64,000 bases of DNA from Hypanus sabinus (lineage: Eukaryota): assembly GCF_030144855.1 (NCBI RefSeq), contig NC_082731.1, positions 29,884,001 to 29,948,000 of the forward strand, written 5' to 3'. A program made the position numbers and the translations under genes. The notes beneath the pieces were generated by a model. That model saw only the letters and a program-made list of their open reading frames with translations. It ran no database searches and had not been told where the DNA came from. Shown here in pieces: positions 1 through 11,720 of the stretch; the stretch's first letter is position 1; every line of letters begins with the position of its first letter.

Positions 1-990
1 GTTTGGAAATGGAGTCTCCATCTCACTCACTTGGCAATCCGAGGCAACTGCACTGCAACTGCTCATTTCAGAAAATAAACCTCTAGATGCACCGGGGATG
101 CCAGATGGGAAATGGGGGCACAGAGCTGGTTAGGTGGGCGGAGGGACAGCAGTGGATGATACATTGGGAAAATGGCAGGATATGTGACACTGGAGGGGGT
201 ATACAGGAGGGGAGAGGAAGCTAATGTTAAGGCTTGGGAATGGGGAGCAGGGGATGAGGGTGTAGTTTGTGATGGAGAGGAGGGAGGTGAGGAAGAAGGT
301 AAAATGAGAGGGGGAGTGTGGAGAAGAGTGGGTTTGAGATCTTGCTCTGTCAAATTTTGTAAATCAGATGTTGTGGAAACCATTGCCTGTAGCTTTTCCT
401 TCAGTTTTCTGCTGGAGTTTATGTCATGATTTGAAATTGTACTAATTAAAAAAACAAAAAGGAGACAATGAAGTGACTGGAGTTGATAAAATTGAGGAAA
501 GCCATTCATCCCATCTTAGTTCCGTCATCACTGCAGTGACTTCACCTGCCTCCAAGTACAAGTGGGTAATGCATCCCGAGACAAATATCGGAGAGATTTC
601 CAGCCTGTAATATATGAATGTAGCACTACACATACTACTCCCATTTATGAGGGATTTCTCACAGTGGGAATACTGGGGTGCTGCACCCGAAAAAGATATT
701 CAGGACAACAGAGGCTCATTTGGAAGAGTTTCTCAGAACCCTGTTACACATCCCAGAGCCAGATATTGATGGAATGTTTCATAACGAGTGTCTCAATCCA
801 ATATTTCAACACATTATCCTAAATCTCCATACTCCACGTCCCATAAAACTGTGTGTACAGGAGCTTCTCCATTGCATACACAATCTCCCTTCAATGTCTC
901 AGCTGAAAGGCAGCAGCTCTGTCCCTCTGTACTACGGTGAACAGCCAAGTCAGCCTGAATTTCCGTTCTCACATCACTGAAAATCGACTG

Positions 991-1553
991 AACATCATCA
1001 GTGCCCTGGAACAGAACTCACTGCAGGGACCAAAGCTTTTGGTCTTCCCAGTGTTTAGCTGAAGGAAACTTTGTGCATCCTGCAGCATCCCCCATCAGAG
1101 AGTGTGGAGGCGTTGATACAAGTACAGGTGACACAGAACTGGATATCGACCATGTACATGTTTTAATGTGATGTCGGCAAGAGAGAGTATTTGAAAAAAT
1201 ATGCCAATGCAGGAAAATACACCAAATACTGGGGTAAGCACATTAGGAGTAGAAAACAGAACCGATTACTAATTAATGCAAACCAAGAATAGAACAGAAT
1301 ACAACAACTATTTGGGTAATGGACACCAGCACCTGATTTGAGCAGAGTAACTCCAAGGAACAGACATTGGAGGAAGGCAAACAGGACCAGATATTGAAGG
1401 AATATACCCTAGGAATAGACATTGGGGAAAACTATGAAAGACCAGACAACCGGAAAAATACCCCTCCACAGGACCAAAAATTGTAGTTAATTCTCAACTT
1501 TGTTCCTGAGGGAATACGACAGAGCTTGGGAATGCACGATTGATCTTCGGGAA
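991..1553 (+). repeat. Unclassified interspersed repeat, copy 1 (homologous to ~9390-9925)
   Basis: Long colinear similarity, e.g. CATCAGTGCCCTGGAACAGAACTCACTGCAGGGACCAAAGCTTTTGGTCTTCCCAG in both. Confidence 0.85.
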
Positions 1554-2224
1554 GGTTGGGATTCCTGTATATGAGAAACAATTTATTCAAGAAACTCTCT
1601 TATTTGTAAGAATTTGAAGATCAGATTCCCAACCCCATATGCTCCACCTTCAGTCAATTTGGAAAATATATATGGAACTGTGTTTAGAGACTGGAACCAA
1701 AATCAGGTACTGGAAGAGACTCCTGCACCCAGAATGTAGAGCACATTGTGAGGGGTCTGGTACTGAGTCAGGTACTGGGGGATGTAATTGCAGGAACTAG
1801 TGATAACTGCGACCAGGTTCTGTGGAGATTACCTGTCACATGTAATGGCAAGTCTGACCAACAGAATTTTGGCAGAGTCATTCCCAGTGCCGTCTCTGAG
1901 GGAATTCTATCACACACAGTTTTATAAAAAGAAACTTATCCATGGAATTTCCATGGAAACAATTCACTACATTATCATGATGTAACAATCCAAAATAATA
2001 AAAAGTAATCAGTCATGAAATATTATTAATAATGAATTAATTACATTGCAAAGTAATTAAAAATCAATCCTAATCCTGTAGATAAATATAAAAACAATAC
2101 AATGATGGATGCATCGTGATACAACATATATACGGATGACTTTCTGTTATTCATTCATGGGATGTGAGTAGAACAACATTTCTTTCCCATCCCAACTGCT
2201 CTCGAACCGGGTGGATTACTGAGC

Positions 2225-2450
2225 CATTTCACAGTGCGGTTACAGGTCAGTTACATTACTGTGGGCCTGGAGACATATACAGGCCAGACCAGGTAGTCAG
2301 CAGATTCCCCTCCCTGAAACACCTCAGTCATGCATTTAAACACCAATCTATTTCTCTAAGTCACGGTCACTGGTCACTGACACAGAACTTTCATTACACA
2401 CCCCAGCTGCCGTGATGTGATCTGAACTCACGTATCTACGTCACAAACCC
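2225..2450 (-). mobile_element. Old tRNA-derived SINE remnant (Deu-domain/SacSINE1-like)
   Basis: CCATTTCACAG...ACATTACTGTGGGCCTGGAGACATATACAGGCCAGACCAGG...CCCAGCTGCCGTGATGTGATCTGAACTC pattern, shared with 47555-47830 and 58930-59135. Confidence 0.5.
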
Positions 2451-3047
2451 AGCTTCTCAATTAAATTCTCAGTAACATGAACTGTGTCTGTGTGTGCCCA
2501 AACTGATTCATATTAGAGAGATCAACAACTAGTCCAGTGTTTATTTCCAGCCATAATACCCATCTCACGCACACACTCTGCTATTCTCCAACACATTCAT
2601 CCAATCTACTTCATTGTGAAACCCCTTTCCCCAGCTTGTACACACAACTTCCATCTGATTCCTCTGCCCTTGACATTTTAACACCATTCCTCCTTCAGTA
2701 GCTTTATTCCTTCTTTCCAGTTCGTCAATCCAGCTTCCCTCCCTCTCCTCTCTGCCCCCCACCCCACTCCCCCTCCCTCCACCCCACCATGGCAACTTCC
2801 TTTGTGCCAACAAACAATATCTGTTGCTCAGCAACTAGACTAACTCTCACTCTTGCATTTCAGCCAACTAGAAATCCAGGATTTGTAACAATCTTACCTT
2901 GCCACTGGCCTCTGCTCCCCTCCATAAACGTCGGCTCTCGACACTGGCCTGCTCCCTCCTTCTTTCCCTCCATGAGTACGTGCTGCCAGTCCTCGAGTAT
3001 ATTTTACACTCTTCACTGCTCACAGGAACAGCTTTGCCTTCTGCTTC

Positions 3048-3052
3048 CTGTT

Positions 3053-3086
<34 letters not shown>

Positions 3087-3240
3087 GCTCCCTCCGTCCC
3101 TCCCTCTCCTGATGGCTCCAACAGTCTGTTTGTACAAAGGCAGCTTGTCAGAGCCAGCTTCTGACCCCGTGCTCTGAGAAAGAATTAAGGCAGCAAATTG
3201 GAGATTTGAAGAAGTCTGAAATGAGCTTAGAGAAGGTGGA

Positions 3241-3287
<47 letters not shown>

Positions 3288-3335
3288 GATAGATTGAGAG
3301 AAAGAGAGAAGCAAAGAAGGGCAAGGAAGAAGAGA
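3048..3335. repeat. (TC)n tract (~3048-3105) and complementary (GA)n tract (~3241-3335)
   Basis: Simple repeats seen directly. Confidence 0.9.
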
Positions 3336-3339
3336 TAAG

Positions 3340-4610
3340 AACACAAGAAATAGGAGCAGGAGTGGGCCATCTGGCCCATTGAGCCTGCTCCACCATTCAA
3401 TAAGATGATGGCTGATCTGGCCATGGACTCATCTCCACCTTTCCCCATAACCCTTAATTACCCTACTATGCAAAAATCTATCCAACCTTGGCTTAAATAT
3501 ACTTACTGAGGTAGCCTCCACTGCTTCATTGGGCAGAGAATTCGACAGATTCACCACTCTCTTGCAAAAGCAGTTCCTCCTCATCTCCATTGTCAATCTA
3601 CTCCCTCAAATCTTGAGGCTATGTCCCCTAGTTCTAGTCCTACCTACCAGTGGAAACAACTTTCCTGCCTCTATCTATCCCTTTCATAATTTTAAATGTT
3701 TCTATAACATCTCCTCTCATTCTTATCAGTTCCAGTGAGCATGGTCCCAGGCGATTCAATCTCTCTTCATTTCTGGAATTAACTTGGTGAACCTCCTCTG
3801 CACCAAAGCCAGTACATCCCTCCTCAAGTAAAGAGACTAGAACTGCACGCAGTGCAGGTGTCCCCGCTTTATAAATGTTCGCTTTACATCACTTCGCTTT
3901 TACGAAAGACCTACATCAGTAACCTGTTTTCGCATTACAAAGAGGAGTTTTGCCTTTACAAAAATTTTTCCCATATAAATTAATGGTTCTTCGCTTGACA
4001 TCATTTCAGCTTAAGAAAGGTTTCATAGGAACACTCTACCTTTGTAAAGGGGGGTGAGAACACCTGTACTCCAGGTGCGGCCTCACCAGTACCCCGTAGA
4101 GTTGCAGCATAACCACCCTGTTCTTAAATTCAATCCCTCTAGCAAAGAAGGCCAACATTCCCTTTGCCTTCTTGATAGCCTGCTGCACCTGCAAACCAAT
4201 CTTTTGTGATTCACACACAAGCACTCCCAAGTCCCTCTGCACTTTTTACCACTTTAGTAATAATCTGCTTTCATTTTTCCTTCCAAAGTGGATGACCTCG
4301 CATTTACCAACATTGTACTCCAGCCAGACTCTTGCCCACTCTCTTAACCTACCTATATCTCTCTGCAGACTCTCTGTATCTTCAACACAATTTGCTTCTA
4401 CACTCAATTTAGTGTCATCAGCAAACTTAGATCCACTACACTCAGTCCCTTCTTCCAGATCATAATGTATATCGTGAACAGTTGTCGGCCGAGCACCGAC
4501 CCATATGGCACTCCGCTCACCACTGATTGCCTACCAGAGTAACACCCATGTATCCCAACTCTCTGCTTTCTGTTGGGTAACCAATTCTCTATCCATGCAA
4601 GTACATCACA
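3340..4610 (-). mobile_element. CR1-clade LINE 3' fragment, interrupted by a MITE
   Basis: QRDLGVLV...VRPHLEY RT C-terminal motif and CR1-type 3' UTR. Confidence 0.88.
3855..4066. mobile_element. Tc1/mariner (Tigger/pogo-like) MITE, 212 bp
   Basis: Ends CAGGTGT.../...ACACCTG, flanked by TG (mutated TA) and TA; removing it restores the LINE sequence GCAGTACTCCAGG. Confidence 0.8.
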
Positions 4611-4989
4611 TGGAGTAAGAGGGAGAGAAGGAGAAAGGAAGGAGTCTCTGTCACCTCTAAGGCCAGGTTACTGGACTAATATCCAAATCCGGGCCATGCT
4701 CCTCACTTCCTGCTCTGCACCCTGTGTTATCTCCCCCACTATGAGTCTCCAAAACCTGTTCCAAGTATATTGTCACACAACACTAAATTAGGAAGCATTC
4801 CCCTGGAGACAGACTGAGAATTCTTCCTTTGAATCTTATCCTGGTCCAAATGATTGCTGATACCTGGATGATGGATTCCTCTCATTGATGGGAATCGATC
4901 CCATATTCCCGAGTATTAGATGACAGGTGACACTAAAATAGATGGTATTGTAGGTGTGAAGTACAGTGGGATCTTGATCAGCTGGGTAG

Positions 4990-5340
4990 GTGGGCTGAGG
5001 AATTACAAGGAGAGTATAATTCAAATGAGGATGTCTCTGAGCGATTGCAGAACATTCTCAGTGGGGAGGGTGAGCAGACAGAAGTGGTTGCACACATCGG
5101 TTCAAATGACAATAGGCAGAAAAATGGATGTGCTGCTGTGGAGTGAATAAAGGGAGTTAGAAACGAGTTAAAATGTAAGACCCCAACTGTGGTGATCTCT
5201 GGTTTATTCCCAGTGCCATGTCCTGGTGAGGTTAAAAATTGGAGGATGTTGTAGATTAATGCATTGCTGAAACCTTGGCACCAGGAACAGGAATTCAGTT
5301 CTGTGGACATTTCAGATATGTTCTGGGAGATTTGTGATCT
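4990..5340 (+). mobile_element. CR1 ORF1 (SGNH esterase) fragment
   Basis: EVVAHIGSND-like motif and VVISGLFPVP segment, frameshifted. Confidence 0.65.
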
Positions 5341-6069
5341 GTACGGCTAATGTTGTGCCTTTATTTGTGAAGCGCTACAAATAAAATGCTGGGAACTATG
5401 GACATAGTAAACCCAATATCTATGGAAGGAAGTTACGAGGGTTAAGAACTTGGTGTGCCCTGACAGATGACTGCACCCAGTGCGGAGAACTGACTGAATC
5501 CCATGCAAAGACAGAAATAAGAGTTTAGTCCCAGGAATTCCAACAGATCATCAGTGGTTTGACCAAGTGACACCGTGAGATGAATCAATCTTGAAGCACA
5601 AGGACCCCGTGATAACCAGCAATCGGGAGTCCGCTTTAAATAATTACAGAATGAGGAAAACTAGTGCCAGTCAAAGTACACTTGACAAGATTAAACAGAA
5701 TGCACAAGCCCTTAACAATTAATACGTTGCACAGGCCCAAGGGGACATGACAGTATCTCCATCCCAAAGGCTGCGGGGAACCCGAGACAGGGCTGGTAAA
5801 CTCAGGAACATAGAATCAAACTCAGAAACCTGGAGGGCCATGGGAGACCTTGAACATAGACCAGAGAAGCTCAGAACGTACACTAGGGAAACTCAATATT
5901 GCAGTGAGAAACTTGGAATGTATCCTCTGGACAACCAATGAGAATAGCCGGCACCCTTGCCTCTGACCGATCAATGTCCAAGCTGCTGCTGAACCTCTGC
6001 CGGGTCCGTTTATGTTTGTGTCCTACTATCACAGTGTGCACCGACAGACGACTGAACCAGGAGCAGAAG

Positions 6070-9000
6070 AACCATATAACAATTACAGCACAGAAACAGG
6101 CCATCTTGGCCCTTCTAGTCTGTGCCGAATGCTTACTCTCCCTTAGTCCTACCGACCTGCACTCAGCCCATAATCCTCCATTCCTTTCCTGTCCATGTAT
6201 CTATCCAATTTTTTTTAAATGATAATATCGAACCTGCCTCTACACAGTTCCACACAGTTACCACTCTCTGAGTAAAGAAGTTCCACCTCGTGTTACCCCT
6301 AAACTGTTGCCCCTTAACTCTCAACTCATGTCCTCTTGTTTGAATCTCCCCTACTCTCAATGGAAAAAGCCTATCCACGTCAACTCTATCTATCCCCCTC
6401 ATAATTTTAAATACCTCTATCAAGTCCCCCCTCAACCTTCTACGCTCCAAAGAATAAAGACCTCACTTGTTCAACCTTTCTCTGTAACTTAGGTGCTGAA
6501 ACCCAGGTGACATTCTAGTAAATCTCCTCTGTACTCTCTCTATTTTGTTGACATCTTTCCTATCATTCGGTGACCAGAACTGTACACAATACTCCAAATT
6601 TGGCCTCACCAATGCCTTGGACAATTTTAACATTACATCCCAACTCCTATACTCAATGCTCTGATTTATAAAGGCCAGCATATCAAAAGCTTTCTTCACC
6701 ACCCTATCCACATGAGATTCCACCTTCAGGGAACTATGTACCATTATTCCGAGATCACTCTGTTCTACTGCATTCCTCAATGCCCTACCATTTACCATGT
6801 ATGTCCTATTTTGATTAGTCCTACCAAATTGCAGCATTTCGCTATTAATATGACTGTCGAAACCCTTTGGATTTATTTTCACCTTACTCGCCAAAGCAAA
6901 CTCATATCTTCTTTTAGCTTTTCTAATTTCTTTCTTAAGATTCTTTTTACATTCTTTATATTCCTCGAGCACCTCATTTACTCCATGCTGCCTATATTTA
7001 TTGTAGATCTCTCTCTTTTTCCAAACCAAGTTTCCAATATACCTTGAAAACCATGGCTCTCTCAAACTTTTAACCTTTTCTTTCAACCTAACAGGAACAT
7101 AAAAGTTCTGTAGCCTCAAAATTTCACCTTTAAATAACCTCCATTTCTCTATTACATCCTTCCCATAAAACAAATTGTCCCAATCCACTCCTTCTAAATC
7201 CTTATGTATCTCCTCAAAGTTAGCCTTCCTCCAACCAAAAATCTCAACCCTGGGTCCAGTCATAATTAGTTCAAAACTAATGGCATTGTGATCACTGGAC
7301 CTGAAGTGCTCCTCAACACATACCTCCGCCACCTGGCCTATCTCATTCCCTAACATGAGATCCAACACTGCCCCTTCTCTAGTTTATACCTCTATGTATT
7401 GCTGCAAAAAAACTACCCTGCACACATTTTACAAACTCCAAACCATCCAGTCCTTTTACAGAATGGGCTTCCCAGTCTATGTGTGGAAAATTAAAATCTC
7501 CCATAATCACAACCTTGTGCTTACTACAAATATCTGCTATCTACTTACAAATTTGCTCCTCCAATTCTCGCTCCCCATTAGGTGGTCTATAATACACCCC
7601 TATAAGTGTTACTACACCTTTCCCATTCCTCAATTCCACCTAAATAGTCTCCCTAGACAAGCCCTCTAATCTATCCTGCCAGAGCACCACTGTAATATTT
7701 TCTCTGTCAAACAATGTAACACCCCCGCTTCTTGCCCCTCTGATTCTATCACACCTGAAGCAACGAAATCCAGGAATAACTAGTTGCCAATCACACCCCC
7801 CTGCAACCATGTTTCACTAATAGCTACAACAGCATATTTCCAGATATCAATCCATGCTCTAAGCTCATCCACCTTTCTTGCAATGCTCCTAGCATTAAAA
7901 TAAATGCATTTAAGAAATTCTCCACCTCTTACTCTCTGTTTATCCCTAACGATGCAAACAACTTTACTATCTTCTTTTTCTTCCTTCTCCCCTACATCTT
8001 CAGTCTGAGCGCTCCCCTTCTCTATCACCTGCCTATCCTCCCTCACACACTGTCTACAAGCTTTCTCTATTAGTGAAATAACCTCCTTTCTCCTAGACTC
8101 TTCAATTTGATTCCCACCCCTCAACTATTCTAGTTTAAAGATTCCCCAGTAGCCTTAGCAAATCTCCCTGCCAGTATATTGGTCCCCCTAGGATTCAAGT
8201 GCAACCCGTCCTTTTTGTACAGGTCACACCTATCCCAAAAGAGGTCCCAATGATCCAGAAAATTGAAACCCTGCCCCTTGCTCCAATCCCTCAGCCACAC
8301 ATTTATCGTCCACCTCATTCCATTCTTACTCTCACTGTTGTGTGGCACAGGCAGTAATCCCGAGATTACTACCTTTGTGGTCCTTCTTCACAACTCCCTT
8401 TCTAACTCCCTATATTCTCCTTTTTGGACCTCTTCCCTTTTCCTACCTATGTCATTGGTACCTACATGTACCACGACCTCTGGCTCCTCACCCTCGCACT
8501 TCAGGATATCTTGGACATGATCAGAAACATCCCGGACCCTGGCACCAGGGAGGCAAACTACCATCCGGGTCTCCTGACTGTGTCCACAGAATCATCTATC
8601 TGACCCCCTAAATATCAAGTCCCCTATCACTACTGCCTTCCTCTTCCTTTCCCTACCCTTCTGAGCTACAGGACTGGACTCTGTGCCAGAGGCACGGCCA
8701 CTCTTGCTTCCCGCAGGTAGGCTGCCCGCCTCCCCCCCACCCCCGCCACCAACAGTACTCAAACAGGAGTACTGGCGAGGGGTACAGCCACTGGGATACT
8801 CTCTAGTACCTGACTCTTCCCCTTCCCTCTCTTAACCGTAACTCACTTGTCTGCCTCCCGTGGCCCTGGTGTGGCCACCTGCCTGTATCTCCCCTCTATC
8901 AACTCCTCACTCTCCCTGATCAGACGAAAGACATCGAGCTGCAGCTCCAGTTCCCTAACACGGTCCCTCAGGAGCTGCAGATCAGTGCATCTGGCGCAGA

Positions 9001-9185
9001 CATGGACGTCCGGGAGGCTAGGAGACTCCAGGACATCCCACATCTGATACCGAGAACAACAAGCAGCCCTCACACTCATAATTCCCCCTTTCCTCAAATA
9101 ACAGGAAAAATTGAAAACTAAACCTACCTTGCCTCGCCCGTTTCCGCCTCAGCCCGTTGAGCCAAAGCCCTTAAACCTTCACTCT
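6070..9185 (-). mobile_element. CR1-clade LINE with ORF1 (Zn-finger/leucine zipper/esterase) and ORF2 remnants; RT core deleted
   Basis: HVCARCTDLQLLRDRVRELELQL; KCIYFNARSIARKVDEL endonuclease start; LDLMLGNE; RPNLEYCVQFWSP; ERRRLRGDLIEVFKIM; multiple stops and frameshifts. Confidence 0.93.
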
Positions 9186-9199
9186 GCTTCGAGTGAACC

Positions 9200-9925
9200 T
9201 CATGCAGAGACAGAAACAAGAGTTTATTCATAGGAATTCTAACAGAACATCAGTGTCTTGGCTGAGTGACACCACGAGACGAATCATTATCGAAACACAA
9301 GGACCCCACAATAAGTGCTAATTAGGAGTCTGCTATTGTGAACAGCAACACCAGCCAGAATTTTTGTTCTCAAATCAGTGAAAAGGGTCAACAGCATCAG
9401 TGCCCTGGAACAGAACTCACTGCAGGGACCAAAGCTTTTGGTCTTCCCAGCGTTCAGCTGAAGGAAACTTTCTGCATCCTGCAGCATCCCCTATCAGAGA
9501 GTGTGGAGGCGTTGGTATAAGTACAGGTGACTCAGAACTGGATATCGACCGTTACAGTTTTAATGAGAGCATTTTGAGAAAATATGCCAGTGCAGGAAAA
9601 TACAACAGATACTGAGGTAAAACACACCAGGAGTAGAAAAAATAAGCAGGTACTAGATTAGTGCAAACCAAGAAGAGAATAGAATACAACAGCCAGCACC
9701 TAATCTGAGCAGAGTAAGTCCAAGGAGCAGAGATTGGAGGTTGGGACAGGACAGGACAGGTATATTGAAGGAATATACCCTAGGAACAGACATTGGGGAA
9801 CACGATGGAAGCCCAGACGATAGAAAAAATACCACTCCACGGGACCAGAAATTGCAGTTAATTCTCAACATCATTCATGAGGGACTTCGACAGAGCTTGG
9901 GAATGCACGATTGATCTTAGGGAAA
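9200..9925 (+). repeat. Unclassified interspersed repeat, copy 2 (5' part also matches ~5500-5640)
   Basis: Direct similarity to 991-1553, and to 5500-5640 (CATGCA.AGACAGAAA.AAGAGTTTA...CACAAGGACCCC). Confidence 0.8.
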
Positions 9926-9944
9926 CAATTTAAAACAATTCACC

Positions 9945-10265
9945 CTGTCCGCCCGCCACCGCACTTGGAATAGGGTTCCCCTTCTCCTCACTTACCACCC
10001 CACCAGCCTCCAGGTCCAACGTATAATTCTCCGTAACTTCCGCCACCTCCAACGGGATCCCACTACCAAGCACATATTTCCCTCCCCCCCCTTTCTGCTT
10101 TCCGCAGGGATTGCTCCCTACTTGACTCCCTTGTCCACTTATCCCCCCCCCCCCATCCCTTCCCACCGATCTCCCTCCTGGCACTTATCCTTGTAAGCGG
10201 AACAAGTGCGACACCTGCCCTTACACTTCCTCCCTCACCACCATTCAGGGCCGCAGACAGTCCTT
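9945..10265 (+). mobile_element. Penelope-like element fragment
   Basis: VPLLLTYHPTSLQVQRIILRNFRHLQRDPTTKHIF...CKRNKCDTC, same family as 35176-36120. Confidence 0.82.
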
Positions 10266-11139
10266 GAGGACTTAGCCAAGACTTGAGGACATGAGTTATA
10301 GGGAAAGGTTGCACTGGGTAGGATATTATCCCATGGAGCACAGAAGATGTAAGAGGGGTATAGAAAGGGTAAATACAAGCATGCATTTTTCTCCCTCCCC
10401 CTCCCAGTTTGGATGAGACTAGAACTAGAGGGCCTAGGTTTCAGATGAAAAGTGAAATATTTAAGGGAAACAGGAGGGAACCTTCTTCACTCAGATGAAG
10501 GTGCAAGTGTGCAATGAGCTGCCAGCATAAGAGAAGTTTGGATATGTGCATGGGAGGGTTGGGTCTTCAGGCCAATGTTCTGTTTGTGGGTAGACGGGTC
10601 TAACCAGAAAAACAGGTTGGCATGGATTCTATGAATCTTCAAATTACCTGATAATCTATCCAAACTCAGAAATACAAAGCTACAGGAGATTTACATCCCT
10701 CCTCGAAAGGAGCAAGCTGGCCTGGGGAATCAGACTAGCAAACCCTCGGAGCACGACCCTTCAGAGCAGCAGACTATCACCTCACTTGGACAATTCAGGC
10801 AGTTAATGTATCTGACAGACGGGACTCACAGTCAATTAATTGCTGGGTTGTGATTCCTGAAAGGTGATGGAGAGCTACTCAGCCAGACATCTCACTGAAA
10901 AGTGAATGTTATCCTTGATCTTTGATGGTTTCATGTATGCCCAGAGTACTGTGAATGTCTTTATAAGTTCTATCCCCTCACCCAACACCACCTTCATTCA
11001 ATGCCATTACCTGCACTGAATTCCTCTCTATCTCTGTTTAGATACAACACTGAATCACGTCATCTGCAGAAATTCTCCGATGACTCAGCAGTAGTTGGGT
11101 GTATAAAGGGAGGATGAATATAGGCCCTGGTGTCAAATG

Positions 11140-11720
11140 GTGCAAGCTGAATCAACTGCAGCTCAACGTTGTTAAGACAGACGGTGATGGACTTCAGAAG
11201 GACTAAGCCTGCATTGCTGACCTGTTACTGTTGATTATAAGGACATGGATGTGGTGAGGACCTACAAGTACTTGGGGGTGCACCTGGATGACAGACTTGA
11301 ATGGAGTGCCAACACAGTTCTACACAAGAAGAGTTGGAGTTGCCTCTGCTTCCTGAGGAAACTGAGGTCCTTTGGAGTATGAAGGCCTCTCCTTCACATG
11401 TTCTACCAGTCTGTGTCACCAGTACAGTCTTCTATGCAGTGCTGTGCTGGGGCTGTGGCCTCAACATGGGTGATGCCAACAGGCTCAATAAACTGATTAG
11501 AAAGAATGACTCTGTTATAGGAGTCAAACTGGATATACCGGAGGCTGTGGTAGAACAAAGGACCCTACGGAGAATCCTGGCAATTCTGGACAGTGTTTCT
11601 GACCCTCCGCATGCCACCTTGACTGAACAGAGGGGCATTTTTAGTAACAAACTAAGACAAGTGTGATATGAGGTCATTCTTACTCTCAGCCATGAGGCTC
11701 TATAATGAGTCAATTTACAA
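11140..11720 (+). mobile_element. Rex1/Babar-type LINE 3' fragment
   Basis: YKYLGVHLDDRLEW, FYAVLCWG...DANRLNKLIRK, RSFLLSAMRLYN motifs. Confidence 0.8.

Noticed and set aside
63-980. Pro/Ser-rich and other ORFs at the window start
   Set aside because: Low-complexity purine-rich sequence with no recognisable domain; could be an old retroelement but cannot be supported.
2868-3448. Overlapping SLSLSL/ERERER ORFs
   Set aside because: Translations of the (TC)n and (GA)n microsatellites.
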